Positions 23,020 through 32,897 of a stretch of DNA of 32,897 nucleotides are shown here, one piece after another (the first letter of the stretch is position 1; each line of letters opens with the position of its first letter). The position numbers and the translations under genes are program-made. The stretch is from the NCBI RefSeq assembly GCF_006345805.1, contig NW_021829639.1:1-32897 (forward strand). Reading direction: 5' to 3'. Under the pieces are notes generated by a model. It did not search any database, had not been told where the DNA came from, and saw only the letters and a program-made list of their open reading frames with translations. The DNA comes from Octopus sinensis (lineage: Eukaryota).

Positions 23020-23830
23020 CAATATGAAGAAGAAGAAAGAAAGAAAGAAAAGATGGAAAAGAAGAAGAAGAAGAATATGAAGAAGAAAAATGTGAAGAAG
23101 AAGAAGAAGGAGGAGGAGGAGAAAAAGAAGAAAAAGGAGAAGAATATGAAGAACAATATGAAGAAGAAGAAGAAGGAGGGGGAGGAGGAGGAGGAGAAAA
23201 AGAAGAAAAAGGAGAAGAATATGAAGAACAATATGAAGAAGTAGAAGAAGAAGAGGAGGAGGAGAATAAGAAGAAAGAGAGGAGAATAAGAAGGAGGATA
23301 TGAAGAACGGGAAGAGGAAGAAGAAGGATATGAAGAAGACGAAGAGGAGGAAGAAGAAGAAGAAGGAGAGGAGAAGAAGAAGGATTTGAAAAAGAAGAAG
23401 AGGAAGAAGAAAAAGAAGAAGAAGAAGAAGAATATAAAGAAGACAAATGTGAAGAAGAAGAAGAAGAAGGAGGAGGGGGAGGAGGAGTAAAAGAAGAAAA
23501 AGGAGAAGAATATGAAGAACAATATGAAGAAATAGAAGAAGAAGAAGAGGAGGAGGAGGAGAAAAAGAAGAAAGAGAGGAGAATAAGAAGGAGGATATGA
23601 AGAAAGGGAAGAGGAATAAGAAGGATATGAAGAAGACGAAGAGGAGGAAGAAGAAGAAGAGGAGGAAGAAGAAGAAGAAGAAGGAAAAGAAGAATATGAA
23701 GTAGAAGAAGGAGAGGAGAAGAAGAAGGATATGAAAAGGAAGAAGAAGAAGAAGAAGGAGGAGGAGGAGGAGAAGAAAAAGGATATGAAGAGGGATAAGA
23801 AGAAGGAGAAGCAGGATATGAAGAAGAACA
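23020..23830. repeat. ~810-bp polypurine (GAA/GAG) tract with higher-order sub-repeats
   Basis: Almost only A and G on the plus strand; the motif gaagaatatgaagaacaatatgaagaa recurs three times. Confidence 0.95.
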
Positions 23831-24413
23831 GCCACATACAAATAAATAAATAGATAGGTATATATGCTTATATACACACGTAGAAAAAGAGGTAGAAAGA
23901 TGTACAGATTGGCACCATTGCTTCATCATTTCTCTCTCTTCCTTCCTCCGGTCACTTCTTCTTGGCTTCTACTCACTCCTTAGTTTGCCAACACCATCAC
24001 CATCACCATCACCAGACATACCACTTCCTTAGTTGCTTCTTTCCCCTTTGCACCCATTCGTCTTTCAAAAAGATCAAGATTATTTAGTTCTTCTCTCCCA
24101 CTTCCGTCTGCCTTTTTCCTCCTTCCCTGCACCGCCTGCGTATGAGCGTCTAGTTTTTCACCTTCATCTGTAAGTTATTTTATCTTCTTGGATTGTATTA
24201 CACTTCAAGATACTTTTAATTATGTTCTGGACACTTTACCAATTTCTCTGGAACATTTACTAATTTTGTTGAGATTTTACCAATATTCTTTCAATTTTCT
24301 TCGCCGCCGAACGTTCGAGAAAATACTTCCCCCCTACTGGCGTTTGTTTATAAACTTGCACACTCATGAATAACATCTTCCACCTTTCTGTTGCCAACCA
24401 ATGTGGTTCATTA

Positions 24414-24842
24414 TGATGATGATGACGATGATGGTGATGATGATGATGGTGATGATGATGATGGTGATAATGATGATGATGATGATAATTATGATGATGA
24501 TGATAATGATGATGATGATGGTGATGATGACGATGTTGGTGATGATGATGATGATAACAACAACGTTGACGATGATGGTGATGATGATGATGATGACGAC
24601 TTTGACGATAATGGTGATGATGATGATGATGATGATGATGATGACGATGATGACAATTTTGATCATGATGGTGATGATGATGGTGATGATGATGATAATG
24701 ACGACGACGACAATGATGAGGTTTGATTATGGTGCATCTGGTGATAACAATGATAATGATGATGACGACGACGATGATGAACATGGACAAGATGATGATG
24801 ATGATGATGATTACGATGATTGCGGTGATGATGATGACGAGG

Positions 24843-24908
<66 letters not shown>
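24414..24908. repeat. (GAT)n followed by (ATT)n microsatellite
   Basis: Direct reading. Confidence 0.95.
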
Positions 24909-24911
<3 letters not shown>

Positions 24912-25142
24912 TAGTCTTATTCTTATCACATGCTTTCACTGTACTACCGAGCGCAGCTCTGTGTGCCTTGGGTATGTGCTGTGGTTTGTTGTGGTACTCT
25001 TATTCTCACTGCATTTGAAAGTGTTTCACGTAGGATGTGCGCGGTAGGATGTGCCTAGTAGTGCAATTTTCTGTATGTTATATATACTTGTTAGTCCTGG
25101 TGTTTTCGTTATGTATTTGTCTGAATATTTTATCATACCTCT
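24909..25142 (-). mobile_element. 3' end of an RLE-type (R4/Dong-like) LINE, family C, embedded in TAA repeats
   Basis: The minus strand encodes GMIKYSDKYITKTPGLTSIYNIQKIALLGT..AHIL (frameshifted), with a stop near 25006-25008, then a 3' UTR and (AAT)n. Confidence 0.8.
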
Positions 25143-25197
25143 TATTATTACTATCATCATCATTATTATTACTATTGTTATTATTATTAATTATTAC

Positions 25198-25265
<68 letters not shown>

Positions 25266-25476
25266 CCATCATCATCATTATTATATATTATCATTACTAT
25301 TATTATTATTATTATTATTATTATCATCATCATCATCATCATCATTAATTATTAATTATATCATCTATTATATCATTATTATTATTATTATTATTATTAT
25401 CATCATCATCATCATCATCATCATCATTATATATTATTATTATTAACCATCTTACGATTATTATTAGTATCATTAC

Positions 25477-25520
<44 letters not shown>

Positions 25521-25648
25521 TTATTATTATTATTTAGTACCATCATATTATTATTATTATATTATCATCTATATTATCTTATTATATTATTATTATCATC
25601 ATCATCATCATCATCATCATCATTATTATTATTATTATCATTACTATT

Positions 25649-25683
<35 letters not shown>

Positions 25684-25791
25684 CATCATCATCATCATCA
25701 TCATCATTATTATTATTATTATTACCATCTTTTTATTATTATTATTATCATTACTATTATTATTATATTATTATATTTTTTATTATTATTA

Positions 25792-25829
<38 letters not shown>

Positions 25830-25941
25830 ATCATTATTATTATTATTATTATTATCATTACTATTTAATTATTATTATTTTATTATTATTATTATTTCAT
25901 TACTATTATTATTATTATTATTATTATTATTATCATCATCA

Positions 25942-26005
<64 letters not shown>

Positions 26006-26326
26006 TACTATTATTATTATTATTATTATTATTATTTTATTATTATTATTATTATTATCATCATCATTATTTATTATTATTATTATTATTATATTATTAT
26101 TATTATCATCATTATTATTATTTTTTTTTTTTATATTTTTTATTATTATTATTTATTATCATTTTATTATTTTTTTATTTTTTATTTTATTTTTTTTTTA
26201 TTATTTTTTTTTTTTTTATATTATTTTATTTTTTTTTATTATTATAATTTTTTTATTATTATCATCATCATTATTTATTATTATTATATTATTATTTTAT
26301 TATTATTACATCATCATTATTTATTA

Positions 26327-26365
<39 letters not shown>

Positions 26366-26375
26366 CATTACTATT

Positions 26376-26425
<50 letters not shown>

Positions 26426-26501
26426 CATCATTATTATTATTATTTTATTATTATTATTATTATCATTACTATTATTATTATTATTATTATTATTATCATC
26501 A

Positions 26502-26538
<37 letters not shown>

Positions 26539-26635
26539 CATCATCATTATTTATTATTATTATTATTATTTTATTATTATCATTACTATTATTATTATTA
26601 TTATATATTATTATTATTATTTATCATCATCATCA

Positions 26636-26677
<42 letters not shown>

Positions 26678-26701
26678 GATTATTATTATTATTATCATTA
26701 C

Positions 26702-26737
<36 letters not shown>

Positions 26738-26752
26738 CATCATCATTATTTA

Positions 26753-26795
<43 letters not shown>

Positions 26796-26876
26796 GTCTT
26801 ATATTATTATTATTATTATTATTATTATTACATCATCATTATTTATTATTATTTTATATTATTATTATTATTATTA

Positions 26877-26914
<38 letters not shown>

Positions 26915-27070
26915 GATTATATTATTATTATATTATTATTTATTATTATATTATTGTTATATTATTATTATTATTATTATTATTGTATATTATTATTATT
27001 ATTATTATATATTATTTATTGTTATTATTATGTTATTATTATTATCATCATCATCATTATTATTATTATT
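25143..27070. repeat. ~1.9-kb (ATT)n/(ATC)n array
   Basis: Direct reading; degenerates to T-rich sequence around 26120-26250. Confidence 0.95.
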
Positions 27071-27409
27071 ATGAGGATGAGGATGAGGAAAATGACAGTG
27101 GTGGTGACGAGGAATAGATTCGTGCAGACGTGGAAGCTGGTCCCAAGCGGTCTGCGTTATGAACACCATAACGCCATCTCCAACGAATTAATATCACCCG
27201 AGGGAAGAGCGCTGCAAGGTTTGACCAACCCGGACAGACCTGCGCTTGGATAGTCACAAACGCACACACACACAAACATACAAAAGAAGCACGCAGGGAC
27301 ACACTGACACACACAAAATTATATTGAATAATATTGAATGATATGAATAATTAATAATACCCAGCACATCCAAATGAAATTCGATGTGTTGTTGGAAAGA
27401 AATGCATGA

Positions 27410-27580
27410 ATGGCACAGGCGTGGCTGTGTGGTAAAGAAGCTTGCTCCCTAACCACATGCGCCCCGGGTTCAGTCCCGCTGTGTTACACCTTGGGCGAGT
27501 GTCTTCTACTATGGTCTCGGGTTGACGAAAACCTTGTAAGTGAATTTGTAGACAGAAACCGAAGGAAGCCGTCACATATA
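27410..27580 (+). mobile_element. 5' part of a diverged CORE-like SINE
   Basis: ggcgtggctgtgtggtaa...gggttcagtccc...ccttgggcgagtgtcttctactat. Confidence 0.8.
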
Positions 27581-27814
27581 ATATATTATTATATATATAT
27601 ATAATATATATAATATATATATATATAATATTATATATAATTTTATATAATTAAGGGGTCAGTAAATTATTTTACTTAGCCCTTAATTATATAAAGTAAT
27701 ATTTTGAATACGCCTTGAATGGTCCTTTTACATAATGAACACTACTTGGTGAAATTAATTAATAACTAATTGATTTTACCCTTAATTATTGATAATATAT
27801 ATATATATATATAT

Positions 27815-28200
27815 TCACCTTGACCAACCAGTCCGTCAGGCGTCCATTTGACACCGCTGGTCACAGCACGCTGTCCACTCCTCTCTTGATCGCGCCTTTC
27901 TCATCCACGTGATTCCAATCGTCCTCCTGAAATCGTAACTACACCGTCGTGGAGGTCTTTCAGGTGTTCTTTTCCGCTCGCACGGGTACCACTCGACAAC
28001 TGCGCGGGTCCACCGATTATCGGTGAGCCGTGCGACGTGTCCAGCCCATCTAAACTTGCTGCATGTATACTCACGCCGGACTTCTCTCTGATGATCTCGC
28101 TACTGATGTGCTCTCTCAACGAGATTCCAAGCATTGACCTTTCCATGGCTCCTTGAGCCGTTACCAGTCTCTGCTCTTCTTTCTTTGTGGTACCCCATGT
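27815..28200 (-). mobile_element. 5'-truncated RTE-clade LINE (RT C-terminus and 3' end) within (TA)n
   Basis: TWGTTKKEEQRLVTAQGAMERSMLGISLREH..., then after a frameshift KFRWAGHVARLTDNRWTRAVVEWYP...RPPRR...DQRCQMDA*. Confidence 0.92.
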
Positions 28201-28225
28201 ATATATATATATATAATGAATGTAA

Positions 28226-28860
28226 CCTATAATTAAGCACGTTGATAGAAGTGTGATGGTGTGGGAGTGCATGTCTGGAAAAGGTGTTGGTCCTATAATC
28301 CGAATCAAGGGCTTTATGGAGTTCTATCTAGAAATATTAGATTAAGACTATGCTTCCATACATCCGAAAGCATTTCGGCCATCTTGGACTTTCCAGCATC
28401 ACAACGACCCAAAACACACCTCGCACCTAGTCAGAGATTACATTAGGGCTAAGAGAGTTCGGTTGATGGAGTAACCGGCGCAGTCGCCCGACCTAAATCC
28501 CATCGAAAATCAGTGGGAAAGGTTGGGTAGAGCTGCGCAAAGTAGTAAGCCAAAGAAGAAGGATGATTTCTTTTTTTTAAACATTAACCAAAATTGGGAG
28601 AAAAAAATCTCAGAAACGGATAAATGATCTGAGCAGTTCTGTTTCGCAGATGCAAAGCTGTATTAAGTAATTTTGGATACCCAACCAAATACTGATTGTA
28701 TGAGCTTATTATTTTATTATTTTTTTGTTGATCTCAGAATAAACTTTTTAAAGTAACAAAATGAAATTTTACAAATCGTTCTTAAATTAAATGGCGTTAT
28801 AAATTACGATAATTAAGATATATTTTTAATTTAAAATTAATATGATTATGTTACACTGTA
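28226..28860 (+). mobile_element. Tc1-family (DD34E) DNA transposon remnant; transposase pseudogene at 28226-28695
   Basis: IKHVDRSVMVWECMSGKGVG, FQHHNDPKHT, *PAQSPDLNPIENQW and RRCKAVLSNFGYPTKY*. There are 34 residues between the mutated second Asp position and the Glu. A possible right end CACTG+TA lies at 28854-28860. Confidence 0.9.
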
Positions 28861-29673
28861 AAGTTGTATACCATATTAAAGCTCATAAAATTTTCTTTAT
28901 TTTGCTATACATCTTAATTCACAATTTACAACTTGAATATATAAAAATGTCATTAAAAAATTTTTATACTAGCATTCTAAAATTAAATGGCGCTATTGTA
29001 TATATTTTCATCTGTCTTTCCTTCTCTCTCTCTCTCTCTTTCTCTCTTTCTGATCCCTCTCTGCTCGCCACCACTTTTCTCGTTTCTACTATTGATGCGT
29101 GACCCTTGGTTATTTTTTTCTCTTTTTCTCGTTTTTTTTTGTCACGCTGGTCCCTGAAGCAACCGGTCGTAATTTCTTTAGTCTCCACTGCAACCTGTTT
29201 CTCTGTTTGTTGCCCTTCTGTATCCAACCCTTTAGGATTTCCTCCTTGGCCTTACCCATATTGCATCTTCATCTAGCTTTAAGGCTATATTCTGTTTATT
29301 TATTTCGGTTTTGCCCCTCCTCCATCTTGAATTACATCTATTCATTTTCGTATGACCACTTCTGTATAGCTTGTTGTCTATCTCCTGTTTATCTGTTCTA
29401 TTTCTGTTACGTTTCGGTCCCCTTTCTAGGCAAATCTTACTGGTTGCCACCAGAACAGAATCAATATTATCGTTAAAGGCACGAAATTGCATTTGAATCT
29501 CTGGCCGTTAACTGATGGGAAATTGGGGACCTTCAGTATTTGTTTTCCGTTCGTCTGTGCATTTACTATTTGTTTTTCAACATGCAACCTTTGACTGTTT
29601 TCCGTTCGTTTGTGCATTTACTGTACGACTTAATATATATATATATATATAATATATTATATATATATATATA

Positions 29674-29705
<32 letters not shown>

Positions 29706-29718
29706 ATATATATTATAT

Positions 29719-29863
29719 TTAGGGATAAACCACTAGGTGGATAACCATAAGCTAGAAGAAGATCACATACGATCTAACTACAAAGAAAAAATTTCTCTTC
29801 TTTGTAGTTAGATCGTATGTGATCTTCTAGCATATGGTTATCCACCTAGTGGTTTATCCCTAA
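29719..29863. repeat. Near-perfect 145-bp palindrome next to (TA)n
   Basis: 29719-29787 pairs with 29798-29863, with one mismatch and one 3-bp indel. Confidence 0.95.
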
Positions 29864-30765
29864 TATACACATGTATTGGAATTTTTTCTGATTTTTCAGA
29901 TTTTTTATACGCTAGGCTACTGATTTTAAATTGATATTAATTAAATTAATAGTCAATTTATCTCCGTCATTATTTAAATTATATATATATATGGAAAATT
30001 ACTTAATATTTTTTAAGTATAAAGAGGATTTAAAAAAAAGTTAAATCTTTTATCAGGATGTTACTAACATTTATGGTTATAAAGAGATGTATTGATACAA
30101 AGAGATAGATATACACACGGAGACACACATACACTCACACACATACACAAACATATATATATATATATACACCTACACACATGCAGGACTACCACACACA
30201 CACTCGAGTGCGCACCTTCTCCCCACATACCGCAACGTATCCCTTTCTGTAGGTGATATCTTGATATCCCTATGTTCACTTATCTAACCAATGTCTCTTT
30301 TGATTGATAACTATGTGATATCGCCTCGTCTATTTCATTAGAGTCGTATTACACGTGGCTGACTTCAGGAACGGGAGACAGAAGATATGTAATAACAGAG
30401 GGTATTATGGTGGTGGTGGTGATGGTGATGGTGTTGGTGATGGTGGTGATGGTGGTGGTGTTGGTGATGGTGGTGATGGTGGTGGTGTTGGTGATGGTGG
30501 TGATGGTAATGATGACGATGGCGTTGATGAGGACGAAGATAATGGTGATGATAGTTATGACAAGATCATAATGGTGGCATTGATATTGACGACGACGATG
30601 ACGATGACGATGATGATGATAACGACTACAGAGGGATAGTGTTGCTGCTGATAACGATCACGACGATGCTGCTGCCGATGTTGTTATGATGATGATGATG
30701 ATAATAATAATAATAGATGATGATGATGTGATGATGATAATAATAGTATAATGATAATAATAATA

Positions 30766-30796
<31 letters not shown>

Positions 30797-31028
30797 CATA
30801 ATAATAATGATATAATATATAATAATAATATAATAATAATAATAATAATAATAATATAATAATAATAATGATAAGAGATGAAGATGGTAATGAGATAAGA
30901 TGATGTTGACGATATGATGTTGATGGTGGAACTTTTTCTTTTCCTTAATATGATAATATAACGAAACTGATTCAACGCCTGTTGGTTATATATATATATA
31001 TGTATATGTGTGATATATGTATAATATA

Positions 31029-31200
31029 TTTCTTTTACTCCACAAGGGGCTAAACATATAGAGGGGACAAACAAGGACAGACAAAGGGATTAAGTCGATT
31101 ACATCCCCCCAGTGCGTAACTGGTAATTAATTATCGACCCCGAAAGGATGAAATGTCGATCGGCGGAATTTAAACTAACGTAACGACAGACGAAATATGT
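31029..31200 (-). mobile_element. 749-family SINE, 5'-truncated
   Basis: cacaaggggctaaaca...gacagacgaaata. Confidence 0.8.
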
Positions 31201-31329
31201 ACGAATTTCGATATATGTATATATGTATATACATACACCCCCACACACACATAGATATGTATTACATACATACCACCCACAGATATGTATATGTATATAT
31301 GTGTTATATATATATATATAATATATATA

Positions 31330-31405
<76 letters not shown>

Positions 31406-31638
31406 TATTTAAACATATAAGGAATCCACTCGTGGGATTCAACACGCTAGAAAGAACAGCTAGGTCCTCTAAAACCACAAAATTAGGGCTAAAATTCGAC
31501 AGGAACGAAATGAAAAAATAAAAACATTTTACCGTCTAGGGCCTAGTCTGGGTCTTAAAAAATTCGTTTATATATTTCTCAAGCAAAAAAAGTAAAGAGG
31601 AAAAAATAAGGCGCTGTGTTGGTAGAATCGTCACTGTA

Positions 31639-31972
31639 GGTAGGTAGGAGCACTCCGTCGGTTACGACGACGAGGGTTCCGGTTGATCCGATCAACGGAA
31701 CAGCCTGCTCGTGAAATTAACGTGTAAGTGGTTGAGCACTCCACAGACACGTGTACCCTTAACGTAGTTCTCGGGGATATTCAGCGTGACACAGAGTGTG
31801 ACAAGGCCGGCCCCTTGAAATACAGGTACAACTCATTTTTGCCAGCTGAGTGGATTGGAGCAACGTGAAATAAAGTGTCTTGCTCAAGGACACAACGCAT
31901 CGCCGGGAATCGAACTCACGACCTTACAATCGTCAGACGAATGCCCTAACCACTAAGCCATGCGCCTTCACT
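31639..31972 (-). mobile_element. Full-length SINE with head type B and shared tail X, 13-bp TSD
   Basis: AATCGTCACTGTA at 31626-31638 and 31973-31985; tRNA-like head ggcgcatggcttagtggttaggg...gagttcgattccc; (CCTA)n tail. Confidence 0.92.
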
Positions 31973-32209
31973 AATCGTCACTGTATTGGTAGAGCGGTGT
32001 TTCGTCCGTCTTAACGTTTTGAATTCAAATTCACTGAAATTTATTCAATACCGAGCTTCCAAATGTCTCGGCTTCATTCTGCAAACTAGTCAGCAGGGAG
32101 AAGCAGTATTTAGTAGGATGTGCTGAAAGTGCTGTACAGCCGTTTCGTTCAATAACGAAAGTTGGCAGGTCAGGTCAGCTTATTAGATATACTGTAATAA
32201 TGTGCTAGA

Positions 32210-32599
32210 GTGGAGGCGCAATGGCCCAGTGGTTAGGGCAGCGGACTCGCGGTCATAGGATCGCGGTTTCGATTCCCAGACCGGGCGTTGTGAGTGTTTA
32301 TTGAGCGAAAAACACCTAAAAGCTCCACGAGGCTCCGGCAGGGGATGGTGGTGAACCCTGCTGTACTCTTTCACCACAACTTTCTCTCACTCTTACTTCC
32401 TGTTTCTGTTGTACCTGTATTTCAAAGGGCCGGCCTTGTCACTCTCTGTGTCACGCTGAATATCCCCGAGAACTACGTTTAGGGTACACGTGTCTGTGGA
32501 GTGCTCAGCCACTTACACGTTAATTTCACGAGCAGGCTGTTCCGTTGATCGGATCAACCGGAACCCTCGTCGTCGTAACCGACGGAGTGCTTCCATTCC
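32210..32599 (+). mobile_element. Full-length SINE with head type A and tail X, 13-bp TSD
   Basis: ATAATGTGCTAGA at 32197-32209 and 32600-32612; A box TGGCCCAGTGG, B box GGTTTCGATTCC; (TTCCA)n tail. Confidence 0.92.
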
Positions 32600-32897
32600 A
32601 TAATGTGCTAGAATTACAAGCATCTAGACCAGTTACAGCTGTTTCGAAACTGCCGGCTCATTCACTGACAAGGAGGAATAAGATAATTGTTAGAAAAATT
32701 ACACTGGAATTGGTTAATTGACAGAAGTCTGGTGATATAGACTCTTCTGTAAATGCCAGAATCCAAATGCTCAATCACGATAGTACAGCTGTAGCAAACA
32801 TTCACAATATTCTAGTTAAATATTTTGTGGCATTTGTGACCTATAATCTTTTCTACTCTACGCACAAGGCTCGAAATTTTGGAGGAGAGGGCCAGTC

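Noticed and set aside
22863-23929. ORFs of 289-324 aa (poly-F/S/L) and K/E-rich ORFs
   Set aside because: Produced by the GAA tract, which lacks stops on one strand; no domain content.
27090-27260. GC-richer unique island after the ATT array
   Set aside because: No recognisable protein motif in six frames and no clear splice sites; left unassigned.

Overview
AT-rich, microsatellite- and transposon-dense eukaryotic DNA, most likely from an octopus or another coleoid cephalopod. This is inferred from the SINE families and the (TA)n/(AAT)n/(TATG)n landscape and was not checked against a database. Nearly all ORFs in the supplied track are microsatellite artefacts. The only host gene I can support is a minus-strand class B1 (secretin/calcitonin-type) GPCR, seen as two spliceable exons (6690-6803 and 5620-5735) encoding most of the extracellular hormone-binding domain. 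Its other exons were not found in the window. The rest is intron-like sequence holding several tRNA-derived SINE families (some with target-site duplications, nesting and swapped modules), 3' ends of R4/Dong-like LINEs embedded in (AAT)n, a decayed RLE-type LINE, an RTE LINE end, a Tc1 transposase remnant, a small Helitron, fold-back hairpins and local tandem duplications. The most notable observation is a ~540-bp tandem repeat (7534-8913) with an identical type I hammerhead ribozyme fold in each complete unit, a retrozyme or Penelope pLTR-like layout. A second, minimal hammerhead-like motif lies at 10266-10303.
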